Assembly (NCBI GenBank): GCA_964384465.1
Contig: CAYLLT010000020.1
Span: 2,488 to 66,487 of the forward strand
DNA from: an uncultured Planctomycetales bacterium
GTDB taxonomy: Bacteria > Planctomycetota > Phycisphaerae > UBA1845 > PWPN01
Direction of reading: 5' to 3'
DNA length: 64,000 nucleotides
The notes under the pieces: model-generated
What the model saw: the letters and a program-made list of their open reading frames with translations, nothing else
Database searches by the model: none
Told to the model about the DNA's origin: nothing
Program-made: the position numbers and the translations under genes
In this document: positions 18,034 to 27,250 of the stretch, one piece after another
Layout: the number at the start of each line of letters is the position of its first letter
How positions within the stretch are numbered: position 1 is the first letter of the stretch

Positions 18034-18196
18034 GATGGTCACGGATGGTTTCGTTGCTTCAGACCCCGCCGGCCCTTCGACCCGCGCCGGGTCGAGGGAG
18101 GCTTTCCATCGACGTGACCATGATAACGCCGGGATGACGCGGTTGCCAGTTGGCTGGAGCGACACCACATTCTTTGAAATTCGGTGCAGAAACGAC

Positions 18197-18224
18197 TTGA
18201 CTCGCCGCGGATCTGGTGTATACT
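18197..18224 (+). promoter_or_regulatory. Near-consensus sigma70-type promoter
   Basis: TTGACT (18197-18202), a 16-nt spacer, then TATACT (18219-18224). Confidence 0.55.
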
Positions 18225-18270
18225 ATGGGTTCATGGATGCCGACGCGGAAGTCGGCTCCGGTTTTAGACG

Positions 18271-18402
18271 ATGAAGATTGCCATGACCAGCCTTTACCTG
18301 AATACGGACACGTGGACGACCCAGCAGATTTTCTGCTCGGCCGTGCACCCGTTTGCCGCCGTTTGCCGCGGTAACAAGATGCACGAGCGAGGTGGGCCGT
18401 AG
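18271..18402 (+). CDS. Hypothetical 43-aa small protein; alternatively the body of a small non-coding RNA
   Basis: My reading of the ATG...TAG ORF gives MKIAMTSLYLNTDTWTTQQIFCSAVHPFAAVCRGNKMHERGGP. It is too short for the ORF track. It sits between a strong promoter and a strong intrinsic terminator. There is no clear SD and I recognise no homologue. Confidence 0.3.
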   Translation: MKIAMTSLYLNTDTWTTQQIFCSAVHPFAAVCRGNKMHERGGP

Positions 18403-18430
18403 GGTAAAGTTGATTTTCGAGGAACTTTAA

Positions 18431-18464
18431 GCCCTGCGACCCGCGAAGGTTGCAGGGCTTTTTT
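18431..18464 (+). terminator. Rho-independent terminator
   Basis: The 11-bp stem GCCCTGCGACC / GGTTGCAGGGC (one G-U pair) has a 6-nt loop and is followed by TTTTTT. Confidence 0.75.
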
Positions 18465-18656
18465 GTTGGGCATTTTTTCCGGCGGTTGGCGGCGGGTCGA
18501 GGCTCTCCGGGGTTCGCCTCGACCCGCCGGGGGTCGGAAAGACAGGATGGCGGCGCTGCGGCGCCGCGGGCGATTCGTATCGATTGCACGTTTTTAGAAT
18601 CGACATCGCGCGAGCGGAGACGGTGCGCGCCAAGGTCGGCGAAAGGTGGTGCTCAG

Positions 18657-19265
18657 ATGGTTGCGGAACTGAAAAGAACAGAACGATACCGAAATTCTCC
18701 GGAGATCGTCCTGCACGAACCGGAGGACCGGCCCGTCGTCTATTACCTGGGCCAGCGGATCTATTTCCGCCCGCTCGAGGTTTCGGACGAGCCGCAGTTG
18801 CGCCGGTGGGTCAACGATCCGCGCGTGTGGGCGACGCTTCAGCATCGCGGGCCGATCAATGCCGCCCGCGAGACCGAGTGGATCGAGTCTCTGGGCAAGA
18901 GCACCAGCGACTACACCTTCGGGATTGTGGTCAAGGAGAACGACCGGCTGATCGGCTCCACCGGGCTGCATCGAATCAATCCGGTCACGCGCAGCGCGGC
19001 GTTCGGCTTAATGATCGGCGAGGTGAGCCAGCACAACCGCGGCTACGGCAGCGAGGCCACGCGGCTGGCCGTGCGGTATGGATTTCGCGAGCTGAACCTG
19101 AACCGCATCGAGTTGTCCGTGTACGCCGACAACTGGCGGGCGATCCGCGTCTACCAGAAGGCGGGGTTCGTGCACGAGGGCTGCCTGCGGCAGGCGGTGT
19201 ATCGCAACGGCCGCTACCTCGACGAGTACCGCTTCGCGATCTTGCGTGAAGAGTGGAGCGAGTAG
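18657..19265 (+). CDS. GNAT family N-acetyltransferase (RimJ/RimL-like)
   Basis: Motifs include YFRPLEVSDEPQLRRWVNDPRV, the acetyl-CoA region GEVSQHNRGYGSEATRLAVRYGF..LNLNRIELSVYADNWRAIRVYQKAGF, and VHEG. I prefer the ATG at 18657, which is preceded by AAGGTGG. Confidence 0.85.
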   Translation: MVAELKRTERYRNSPEIVLHEPEDRPVVYYLGQRIYFRPLEVSDEPQLRRWVNDPRVWATLQHRGPINAARETEWIESLGKSTSDYTFGIVVKENDRLIGSTGLHRINPVTRSAAFGLMIGEVSQHNRGYGSEATRLAVRYGFRELNLNRIELSVYADNWRAIRVYQKAGFVHEGCLRQAVYRNGRYLDEYRFAILREEWSE

Positions 19266-19291
19266 TTTTTGTGGGCAGAGCGGGCTTTGGC

Positions 19292-19365
19292 GCCCGGATA
19301 GCTCAATTGGTGAGAGCGTCTGAATCATAATCAGAAGGTTGTGGGTTCGATTCCCTCTCCGGGTA
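19292..19365 (+). tRNA. tRNA with anticodon CAT (elongator Met, or Ile2 if lysidinylated)
   Basis: The cloverleaf reads: acceptor GCCCGGA/TCCGGGT, D arm GCTC-AATTGGTGA-GAGC, anticodon arm TCTGA-ATCATAA-TCAGA, variable loop AGGTT, T arm GTGGG-TTCGATT-CCCTC (one U-U mismatch), discriminator A. CCA is not encoded. It lacks the initiator hallmarks (no three G-C pairs in the anticodon stem). Confidence 0.8.
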
Positions 19366-19413
19366 TTACCGGGATCTTGAATATGAAGGGTGCGAATCTG
19401 CGACGGAGATCGG

Positions 19414-19446
19414 GCTGATAGCTGAAAGCTGACGGCTGACAGCTAT
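19414..19446. repeat. AGCTGA-rich palindromic low-complexity element
   Basis: The sequence is gctgatagctgaaagctgacggctgacagctat, with complementary outer ends atagctg/cagctat. Confidence 0.45.
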
Positions 19447-19474
19447 TAGGATTTCGTGGCCGCCGGGTGGTTGG

Positions 19475-19573
19475 GGGCCGGGAGTCGTTGACAACTTTTT
19501 ATGGAGAGTGTGCCTAGGGTCGAAGAGATCACCCGGCGGCCTAGATTATCGTGGACTCCCGGCCCTTTTTTTT
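19475..19573 (+). terminator. Long hairpin plus T8, a possible terminator downstream of the tRNA
   Basis: GGGCCGGGAGTC (19475-19486) pairs perfectly with GACTCCCGGCCC (19554-19565). The stem is followed by eight T residues (19566-19573). The 67-nt loop is unusually long for an intrinsic terminator. Confidence 0.35.
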
Positions 19574-19608
19574 CTTTTGCCACAGAGGTCACAGAGAACA
19601 CCGAGAGA

Positions 19609-21948
19609 TCATTGATTCTCATCGATCGCTTTGAGAATCATCTCACAGTTGACCACTTTTTCCACCAGGTCGAGAGGCAGGTAGTAGTAATGATTCGACG
19701 CTTCAAAGCCGACGCGGCTGTCCCGGCGGGTGAGCGTGAAGAGGCGGCGGGCGAGTTGGACTTCGTCGCCCAGAATCGTCCGAAGAGTTTCGTCCGCATG
19801 CAACGGGTTGCCGCGCTGCGCAGTGGGCTGCGTCGTGGCGGGGAGTTTGCTGTTGCGGGCGATGATGAAGCGGACCTGATTGGCGGCGCTTTTGAAGTGG
19901 AGGAAGGCGGCTTCGGCGAGGCGGAGGTCTCCGGCGATGGCTGACCACTCGCTTGCGCTCGCGGCTCGGACGTTTTTATCACGCTCGGTGGCGGGAATAT
20001 CGCTGAGTTCGACGACTTCATGCAGGTGCTTCAGGCCGGTCTGCCAGCCGGCGGCGACTTTTTCCAACTGGGTCGCGAGCACCTCGGCGGGATAGACGCC
20101 GCGCCAGCGCTCCAGGTCGTCGTAGGGTATGCCGACCATGGTGGCGGCGTAGCCGCTGGGTTTTGCATAGAGAAGATTCGCCGGTCCCACTTGCATGGGA
20201 CCGTCATAGAGAAAAACGGGGCTGTACGGGAATTCGCTGAACGCTTTGCTGAAGGCAGCCCAGGCTTTGAGAACGTCAGGGGCGGCGGCGGGGCCGTAAC
20301 GCTCGACGGCCGTTTCCTTCAGGGCTTTCTCAACCGTCATTTCTCCCGGCCGGTCGATCAGTTTCTGCACGATTCGCAGGTTTGGCGAAGGATAGCCGCC
20401 GAGCGTCCAGCTCAACATCAGGCCGTCGATGTCCGCGGTGGTCAGGTTCTTCATGTGCTCGGCGACCAGATTCATCACCGGCAGCCACGGTACGGCCGAC
20501 AGCTCCCATGTGCAGTTTACCTGGACTTTGGCGAGGGTCTTGAGGCCGCGCTTTTTGGCGATGGCCCAATGACGTGTCGCGCGCGGACCGGGGCCGACGG
20601 CGGAGATGGAATACTCGTCGACCGTACTGCTCACGCCCCCGCGGGTAATGGGTTTGCTCCACTCGCTGACGCTCATCAGGTAGACATCGGCGGGCAGTGC
20701 GTTGATCGTCGCTTCGGCTTCCTGGTCCGGCCAGCCCCAGTCCCACGCGATGACCTTCGCCTCGGGGCGACCGGCGCGCACGCCGGCGGCGATGGCGGTG
20801 TTCACCTCGGCGATGATTTCCGCGTGCGTGCGCTTGCTGCAACGCGGGCACAACTCCTTGTGGAAATGACTGGCACAGTTGGTGAGGTTTTCCGACGCGG
20901 TGATGGTGAACACGCCGCCGAGGTCGGGCACGTTCTTAAACACGTAGGCGAGCGAGTCGGTGAGCCATTGCCGCACCTGCGGCTGGCTGGTGCACATGGT
21001 GAAGTGGTCATTTTCGGCGATGCCGCGGACCTCCGGGTGGTTCTCGAAAAAGTCGGCCTGCATCGCCCGCGGCTCATTCATGTAAAGATAGACGTTGATG
21101 CCGAAGCGGCGGGCGCGGGTGACCAGCTTTTGGAGGTTTGTGAGACGGACTTCATGATCCTTGCCGAACTCGGGAAAGATCGGGCTGGGGGCCAACTGGC
21201 GGAGCACAGTGTGCAGCCAGACACCGTTGACACCGGCCTCTGCGAGCCGCTGGAGCAGGCCGTCGGGAAACGGGTCGAGCTGCGGGTTCAGCAGCGGGTC
21301 GCCGTAGACGGCGAAGTAGGAATAGAGGAAACGTGGGTGGGATTGCGAATTGCGGATTGCGGATTGCGGATTGGAAGAGGGTACCGCCGCAGACAGATCG
21401 TTCAGGAAAGCGAAACGCGGCTCGGTGGGTTTGGAGAGTTCGTCGCCGAAGTACTTTTCGACGATCGCTTTGATCCCGGCGCAGCGCTTTTCCACTGCTT
21501 CGCTCGGGGACGTGTAGCGGATCGGGTCGCACTGCGGTTTCAGGCCGCCGAGCTTGGTCCAGAGGAAATCGTCTTCACGCAGGGTGTAGACGAGCCGCTC
21601 TTCGTCCCAGTCGAGGAGTTTTAACAGTTGATCGTACGGCAGCAGGTGCCAGTTGCGGCGGATGATGCAGATGTAATTGCGCTGCAACATCTCCGGGCCG
21701 ATCGTTGGATTATCGGGCAAGCCCATCGAGCGGCCAATGGCGCGGATGTTCTCCGGCGTCGTGCCCACCACGTCGGCCATGCGCGCGGCATCGACGCATT
21801 CCCAGTTCCGCCAGACGAAGGCGTGCAACCGATCGGGGAAGTGGGGGAACTCCAGCGCGGGCGGTCCTTTCGCGGCGGGCAGGGTCGTTTGAGCCATCGC
21901 CGATTGCACCAGCAGCACAACAGTGGTCCAACGGATAAGCCTGAGCAT
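19609..21948 (-). CDS. Secreted glycoside-hydrolase-like TIM-barrel protein (family not assignable by eye)
   Basis: I prefer the start MLRLIRWTTVVLLVQSAMAQ at 21948, which looks like a signal peptide. The central region GVNGVWLHTVLRQL...FGINVYLYMNEPRA...GGVFTITASENLTNC...VIAWDWGWP resembles (beta/alpha)8 hydrolases. Confidence 0.45.
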   Translation of the reverse strand: MLRLIRWTTVVLLVQSAMAQTTLPAAKGPPALEFPHFPDRLHAFVWRNWECVDAARMADVVGTTPENIRAIGRSMGLPDNPTIGPEMLQRNYICIIRRNWHLLPYDQLLKLLDWDEERLVYTLREDDFLWTKLGGLKPQCDPIRYTSPSEAVEKRCAGIKAIVEKYFGDELSKPTEPRFAFLNDLSAAVPSSNPQSAIRNSQSHPRFLYSYFAVYGDPLLNPQLDPFPDGLLQRLAEAGVNGVWLHTVLRQLAPSPIFPEFGKDHEVRLTNLQKLVTRARRFGINVYLYMNEPRAMQADFFENHPEVRGIAENDHFTMCTSQPQVRQWLTDSLAYVFKNVPDLGGVFTITASENLTNCASHFHKELCPRCSKRTHAEIIAEVNTAIAAGVRAGRPEAKVIAWDWGWPDQEAEATINALPADVYLMSVSEWSKPITRGGVSSTVDEYSISAVGPGPRATRHWAIAKKRGLKTLAKVQVNCTWELSAVPWLPVMNLVAEHMKNLTTADIDGLMLSWTLGGYPSPNLRIVQKLIDRPGEMTVEKALKETAVERYGPAAAPDVLKAWAAFSKAFSEFPYSPVFLYDGPMQVGPANLLYAKPSGYAATMVGIPYDDLERWRGVYPAEVLATQLEKVAAGWQTGLKHLHEVVELSDIPATERDKNVRAASASEWSAIAGDLRLAEAAFLHFKSAANQVRFIIARNSKLPATTQPTAQRGNPLHADETLRTILGDEVQLARRLFTLTRRDSRVGFEASNHYYYLPLDLVEKVVNCEMILKAIDENQ
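21340..21374. repeat. GCGGATT-type heptamer run embedded in frame in the hydrolase-like CDS
   Basis: The sequence is ggattgcgaattgcggattgcggattgcggattgg. On the coding (minus) strand it translates as NPQSAIRNSQS. Confidence 0.7.
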
Positions 21949-22014
21949 CTGCGTCACCTCGAACGTTCCGGCTCGAAGAATCTGTCCCTGGAACGGAAAC
22001 AACACGCGCCGTTT

Positions 22015-22043
22015 TTGACAACGCGCTTGCGGCATCATACCCT
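22015..22043 (+). promoter_or_regulatory. Candidate promoter of the act operon
   Basis: TTGACA (22015-22020), a 17-nt spacer, then TACCCT (22038-22043), upstream of actA. Confidence 0.4.
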
Positions 22044-22058
22044 GAAACGAACCGACGT

Positions 22059-22742
22059 TTGAAATCACGGGATCACTGCGTGGCTCAGATTTTTCATCCC
22101 TCCATGAACGCGTTTTCCAAAGCGAGCATCTTTGGAGCGGTGTTCATTCTGGCGGGGCTGACGTGGATGTGGGCGCTGGTCATCCGTTCGCCTTACGTGA
22201 CCGAGGCGGGTGTGGTGCGCCAGCAGCCGGTGGAGTTCAGCCACGAACATCACGTCAGCGGGCTGGGCATCGACTGTCGCTATTGCCACACCTCCGTGGA
22301 AGATTCGGCCTTTGCCGGGATTCCGTCCACGCACACCTGCATGACCTGCCACTCGCAGGTCTGGACGCAGGCGCCGATGCTCGAGCCGGTGCGGGAGAGC
22401 TACCGCACGGGTGAGTCGATCCCGTGGACGCGCGTGCACGACCTGCCGGATTTCGCTTACTTCGATCACAGCATTCACGTGCATAAAGGCATCGGCTGCT
22501 CGACGTGCCACGGGCGGGTGGATCGGATGCCGCTCACCTGGCGCGAGCACGCGCTGGATATGGAATGGTGCCTGGGATGCCATCGCGCGCCGGAGCGGTT
22601 TATCCGGCCGCGCGAGGAGGTGTTCAACATGGCCTGGGAGCCGCCGCCGGATCAAATCGAGCGCGGTCGCGAGCTGATCAGGAAGTACGACATCGATTTG
22701 CGTCAGGATCGGCTGAGCGATTGCTGGATATGCCATCGGTAG
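22059..22742 (+). CDS. actA: Alternative Complex III subunit ActA (membrane-anchored pentahaem cytochrome c)
   Basis: Five CxxCH motifs are present (CRYCH, CMTCH, CSTCH, CLGCH, CWICH), with an N-terminal TM helix. The start is either TTG at 22059 or ATG at 22104. Confidence 0.85.
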   Translation: MKSRDHCVAQIFHPSMNAFSKASIFGAVFILAGLTWMWALVIRSPYVTEAGVVRQQPVEFSHEHHVSGLGIDCRYCHTSVEDSAFAGIPSTHTCMTCHSQVWTQAPMLEPVRESYRTGESIPWTRVHDLPDFAYFDHSIHVHKGIGCSTCHGRVDRMPLTWREHALDMEWCLGCHRAPERFIRPREEVFNMAWEPPPDQIERGRELIRKYDIDLRQDRLSDCWICHR

Positions 22743-22757
22743 GAAATGCTATCAGAA

Positions 22758-22777
22758 CCCCGCCCGCGAGGGCGGGG
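22758..22777 (+). other. Intercistronic GC hairpin between actA and actB
   Basis: CCCCGCCC-gcga-GGGCGGGG forms a perfect 8-bp stem. No T-run follows. Confidence 0.5.
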
Positions 22778-22830
22778 CCGGGCCGGGCACTCGCGTGCCG
22801 GGTTCGGATGACAACCGTCGAAACGCAGAA

Positions 22831-25818
22831 ATGGCAGATTTCAAATTTGAAATAGCAGAGAGCGGCGGCGGATCAAACGACCGGAGGCCGCGTTACTGGC
22901 GGAGTCTCGAAGAGCTGGCGGATACGCCGGCGTTTCGCGAGATGCTGCACCGGGAGTTTCCGCGGCAGGCTTCGGAATGGCTGGATCCGGTTGGCCGGCG
23001 CGAGTTTCTGAAGCTGATGACGGCTTCGCTGGGTCTGGCCGGGCTCACTTCCTGCACGCGGCAGCCGACGGAAAAGATCATGCCGTACGTGCGGGCGCCG
23101 GAGGAGATCGTGCCGGGCAAGCCGCTGTTTTATGCCACGGCACTGCCTTTCCGCGGCTATGGCATGGGTGTGCTCGTCGAGAGCCACATGGGCCGGCCGA
23201 CCAAGATCGAAGGCAACCCGCAGCATCCGGCCAGTCGAGGGGCGACGGATGCATTCGCTCAGGCTTCCGTGCTGACGCTGTACGATCCCGATCGGTCGCA
23301 GACGGTTGTCTACGGTGGGCGGATCAATACCTGGGAGCGATTTACCACTGATCTGCGTGAAGCGATGGCGTCGCAGACGGCCAAGCGCGGGGCGGGTCTG
23401 CGAATTCTCACCGAGACGGTGACTTCGCCCACTCTGGCACATCAGATTCGAACGCTGCTGGAAGCGCTGCCGGAGGCGCGGTGGCATCAATACGAGTCGG
23501 TCTCCAATGACAATGTGCTCGGCGGGATGGAGCTGGCTTTCGGGCAGCCTGTCGGAATCCACTATGACTTTGCCAAGGCCGATGTGATCCTCTCGCTGGA
23601 TGCGGATTTTCTGCTGGGTGAGCCGGCGAGCGTGCGGTACGCGCGAGATTTCGCTTCGAAGCGGCAGGTCACCGGCGACGGCACGCACATGAACCGTCTG
23701 TATGTGGCGGAGTGCGCGACGACGCTGACCGGCGCGATGGCGGACCATCGGTTGGCGGTGCGGGCGTCGGAGGTGAAGGCGTTAGCGAAGCTTGTGGCAA
23801 ATGGGGTGAGTGATGCAGTGATGGAGGGAGAGAGGGAGGCCGACCGATGGGCAGAGGCCGGTGGCCACAAGAAATGGATCGAGGCGGTTGTAAAGGATCT
23901 GCGAAGTCATCGTGGATCGAGTATCGTGCTGGCGGGTTGCCGGCAATCGCCTGGTGTGCACGCAACAGCGCACTGGATCAATCGAATGCTGGGAAATTTC
24001 GGCAAGACACTGATCTACACCGATGCGGTCGAGCCGTCGCCCGTTAAACATCTAGAGTCATTGCGGGAACTGACGAAGGCCATGGCCGCGGGCCGCGTGG
24101 AAATGCTGATCATCCTCGGCGGCAACCCGGTCTTCACCGCGCCGGCTGATTTGGAGTTCGGCGAGCACCTGTCGCGCGTGAAGTTCAAGGTGCATCTTGG
24201 GCTCTATGAGGATGAGACGGCGCAGAAGTGCCAGTGGCACGTCCCACAGGCGCACGAACTGGAGGCATGGGGCGACGTACGCGCTTACGAGGGCACGGTC
24301 TCCATCATCCAGCCATTGATCGAACCTCTGTATGGGGGTAAGTCGGCGCACGAGCTCCTGGCGGCGATGCGCGGCGAGCCGGATGCGTCGGGATACGAAA
24401 TCGTTCGCGAATACTGGCGCGGGCAACACCGTGGGGATGATTTTGAAATGTTCTGGCGCCGGACGCTGCATGATGGCATCATGGCGGGAACGTCGCTGCC
24501 CGGCAAAACGCCTCCGCAGAATCCCGCTATCAACGAGCTGTCTGAAACTTCGCGCGACTGGTCCGGTCTGGAGATCAACTTCGCGCCTGACCCGACGATC
24601 TGGGACGGGCGCTTCTCCAACAACGGCTGGTTGCAGGAGCTGCCCAAGCCGCTCACAAAACTCACGTGGGACAATGCTGTGCTGCTGAGTCCGCACACGG
24701 CGAAAGAGCTCCAACTGTTGAACGAGGATCTTGTCGAGCTGCGGCTCGGCGGGCGGAGCGTCCGCGGGCCGGTGTGGATTCTGCCGGGACACGCCGATGG
24801 CGCGGTGACGGTTCACCTCGGATACGGCCGCACGCGTGCGGGCAGAGTGGGCGAGCGTGCAGGCTTCCGGGTGGAGGATTTGCGCACGAGCGATGCGTTC
24901 TGGTTCGGGCCCGGCCTCGAGATTCGCAAGACCGGCCAACACCACAAGCTGGCCTGCACGCAGGACCATCACAGCATGGAGGGACGGCCGATCGTGCGCG
25001 CCGCCACGCTGAGCGAGTTCATGAAAAATCCGCATTTCGCCCATGAAGGGGCGGAACATCCCTCGCCCGAGCAGTCGCTGCTGCCCGCATTCAAATACGA
25101 GGGCTACGCGTGGGGCATGGCGGTCAATCAGAACGCGTGCATCGGCTGCAATGCGTGCGTGATCGCGTGTCAGGCGGAAAACAATATCCCCGTCGTGGGC
25201 AAGCAACAGGTGTCGAACGGGCGCGAGATGCACTGGCTGCGGATCGATGAGTATCACAGCGGCAGCCCCGAAGAGCCGGAGCATTATTTTCAGCCGATGC
25301 TCTGCCAGCATTGTGAGAAGGCGCCGTGTGAGACGGTGTGCCCGGTGGCGGCCACGGTGCACGACTCTGAAGGGCTGAACACCATGGTCTACAACCGCTG
25401 CGTCGGCACACGGTACTGCTCGAACAACTGCCCGTACAAGGTGCGGCGGTTCAATTTCCTCCAGTACGCCGACCTCGAAACGCCGGTGCTCAAGATGCTG
25501 CGGAATCCGGATGTGACCGTGCGTACGCGAGGAGTGATGGAGAAATGCACCTATTGCGTCCAGCGGATCAGCGCGGCGCGCATCCAGGCCGAGAAGGAAG
25601 AGCGGCACATCCACGACGGAGAAGTGGTGACCGCCTGCCAGGGGGCCTGCCCCACGCAGGCGATCGTCTTCGGCGATATCAACGATCCCGAGAGCCGCGT
25701 CTCGAAACTCAAGCGCGATCCGCTCAACTACAGCGTGCTCGGCGAACTGAACACGCAGCCGCGCACGACCTATCTGGCCAAATTGACCAACCCGAACCCG
25801 GCGATGGAGACGAAGTGA
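22831..25818 (+). CDS. actB: Alternative Complex III subunit ActB (molybdopterin-oxidoreductase-like domain fused to a 4Fe-4S ferredoxin domain)
   Basis: Motifs include YWRSLEELADTPAFRE, the twin-arginine-like GRREFLKLMTASLGLAGL, and Fe-S clusters (CIGCNACVIACQAEN, CQHCEKAPCETVCP, CVGTRYCSNNCPYKVRRFN, CTYCVQR). I prefer the ATG at 22831; the ORF-track start is 22795. Confidence 0.9.
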   Translation: MADFKFEIAESGGGSNDRRPRYWRSLEELADTPAFREMLHREFPRQASEWLDPVGRREFLKLMTASLGLAGLTSCTRQPTEKIMPYVRAPEEIVPGKPLFYATALPFRGYGMGVLVESHMGRPTKIEGNPQHPASRGATDAFAQASVLTLYDPDRSQTVVYGGRINTWERFTTDLREAMASQTAKRGAGLRILTETVTSPTLAHQIRTLLEALPEARWHQYESVSNDNVLGGMELAFGQPVGIHYDFAKADVILSLDADFLLGEPASVRYARDFASKRQVTGDGTHMNRLYVAECATTLTGAMADHRLAVRASEVKALAKLVANGVSDAVMEGEREADRWAEAGGHKKWIEAVVKDLRSHRGSSIVLAGCRQSPGVHATAHWINRMLGNFGKTLIYTDAVEPSPVKHLESLRELTKAMAAGRVEMLIILGGNPVFTAPADLEFGEHLSRVKFKVHLGLYEDETAQKCQWHVPQAHELEAWGDVRAYEGTVSIIQPLIEPLYGGKSAHELLAAMRGEPDASGYEIVREYWRGQHRGDDFEMFWRRTLHDGIMAGTSLPGKTPPQNPAINELSETSRDWSGLEINFAPDPTIWDGRFSNNGWLQELPKPLTKLTWDNAVLLSPHTAKELQLLNEDLVELRLGGRSVRGPVWILPGHADGAVTVHLGYGRTRAGRVGERAGFRVEDLRTSDAFWFGPGLEIRKTGQHHKLACTQDHHSMEGRPIVRAATLSEFMKNPHFAHEGAEHPSPEQSLLPAFKYEGYAWGMAVNQNACIGCNACVIACQAENNIPVVGKQQVSNGREMHWLRIDEYHSGSPEEPEHYFQPMLCQHCEKAPCETVCPVAATVHDSEGLNTMVYNRCVGTRYCSNNCPYKVRRFNFLQYADLETPVLKMLRNPDVTVRTRGVMEKCTYCVQRISAARIQAEKEERHIHDGEVVTACQGACPTQAIVFGDINDPESRVSKLKRDPLNYSVLGELNTQPRTTYLAKLTNPNPAMETK

Positions 25819-25821
25819 CCG

Positions 25822-27243
25822 GTGGAGCACTCTGAAGGTCATATCGCCGCGGATCAGCGTAGCGCCGGCCCCCCGTGGTCGGCGTCGGCGGCCACAGAAA
25901 GCCGCAACCCCATACTCAAGCCGGGGCACACATACGCCTCGGTGACGGACAAGATCAGCTCCATCGTACTTACCCGCCGCACGCGGATCGGGTGGTTCTT
26001 CGGCTTCGGGATTTCGTTCCTGCTGGTCATGCTGCTGTTCTACACGCTCGCTTACGTGCTCACCGTGGGCGTCGGGGTCTGGGGCGTCAATGTCCCGGTG
26101 GGGTGGGGCTTCGACATCATCAATTTCGTGTGGTGGATCGGGATCGGCCACGCCGGGACGCTGATCTCCGCCGTGCTCCTGCTGTTTCGCCAGGAGTGGC
26201 GGACCTCGATCAACCGCTTCGCGGAAGCCATGACGTTGTTCGCGGTCGCCTGTGCGGCCCTGTTTCCGCTGTTTCACATGGGCCGGCCGTGGGTGTTCTA
26301 CTGGCTCATTCCCTATCCGAACACGATGACCCTGTGGCCGCAGTTCCGCAGTCCGCTGGTCTGGGACGTGTTCGCGGTGAGCACGTACGCGCTGGTCTCG
26401 CTGCTCTTCTGGTACGTGGGATTGATACCCGACCTGGCGACGTTACGCGATCGATCCAACAGCCGCTTCGGCCGGATCATTTACGGCATCCTGGCCATGG
26501 GCTGGCGGGGTTCGGCCAATCACTGGAACCATTACCAGACGGCGTACCTCCTCCTGGCGGCACTGGCCACGCCGCTGGTGGTGTCGGTGCACAGCGTGGT
26601 GAGTCTGGACTTCGCGGTGGGTATCGTACCCGGCTGGCATGCGACGATTTTTCCGCCGTACTTCGTGGCCGGCGCGATTTACTCCGGCTTTGCGATGGTG
26701 ATGACCCTGGCCATTCCGCTGCGGAAGTTCTATCGCCTCGAAGATTTCATCACCATGCGGCACCTGAACAACATGGCCAAGATCCTTCTGGCGACCGGTT
26801 TGATCGTCGCCTATGGCTACCTCATGGAGAACTTCATCGCGTGGTACAGCGGCAACATCTACGAAATGTACATGATGCGCAACCGGAAGATCGGCCCCTA
26901 CGCATTTGTCTACTGGGGCGTGATCGTCTGCAACGTCCTGGCGCCTCAGGTGCTGTGGTTCAAGCGCGTCCGGCTGAACGTGCCGGCGCTGTTTGTCGTC
27001 GCGCTGATCGTGAACCTTGGCATGTGGCTGGAACGATACATGATCGTGGTGACCAGTCTGCACCGCGATTTTCTTCCGTCGTCGTGGGGCATGTACGCGG
27101 CCACGCGCTGGGACTACGCGATGTTTGTGGGGACGATCGGGCTGTTCCTGGCGCTATCGTTCCTGTTCATCCGATTTTTGCCGATGATTTCGATTTTTGA
27201 GATGCGCGAATTGACGCACGCGGTTCGTGAGGAGAATGGGTAG
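25822..27243 (+). CDS. actC: Alternative Complex III subunit ActC (NrfD/PsrC-like polytopic quinol-interacting membrane subunit)
   Basis: 473-aa polytopic membrane protein directly after actB. The N-terminal motif [15 protein letters not shown] is typical of ActC. The start is GTG. Confidence 0.85.
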   Translation: MEHSEGHIAADQRSAGPPWSASAATESRNPILKPGHTYASVTDKISSIVLTRRTRIGWFFGFGISFLLVMLLFYTLAYVLTVGVGVWGVNVPVGWGFDIINFVWWIGIGHAGTLISAVLLLFRQEWRTSINRFAEAMTLFAVACAALFPLFHMGRPWVFYWLIPYPNTMTLWPQFRSPLVWDVFAVSTYALVSLLFWYVGLIPDLATLRDRSNSRFGRIIYGILAMGWRGSANHWNHYQTAYLLLAALATPLVVSVHSVVSLDFAVGIVPGWHATIFPPYFVAGAIYSGFAMVMTLAIPLRKFYRLEDFITMRHLNNMAKILLATGLIVAYGYLMENFIAWYSGNIYEMYMMRNRKIGPYAFVYWGVIVCNVLAPQVLWFKRVRLNVPALFVVALIVNLGMWLERYMIVVTSLHRDFLPSSWGMYAATRWDYAMFVGTIGLFLALSFLFIRFLPMISIFEMRELTHAVREENG

Positions 27244-27250
27244 TCCCGAA

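Noticed and set aside
18231-18464. The small promoter-terminator unit might be a known RNA (tmRNA, 6S, SRP/4.5S, RNase P or a riboswitch such as ykkC).
   Set aside because: I found none of the diagnostic features: no tRNA-like 3' end or tag reading frame ending in Ala-Ala, no GGAAGCAGCC-type SRP motif, no RNase P GAGGAAAGTCC core, and no convincing ykkC conserved blocks. It remains unassigned, not classified.
19489-19494. A perfect TTGACA hexamer downstream of the tRNA might be a promoter.
   Set aside because: There is no acceptable -10 at 16-18 nt and no downstream plus-strand gene. It lies inside the loop of the long hairpin.
22831-25818. Calling ActB a functional molybdoenzyme.
   Set aside because: The sequence shows the molybdopterin-oxidoreductase-like fold context only. 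ACIII ActB subunits are generally considered to lack the cofactor, and I cannot judge the ligand residues by eye.
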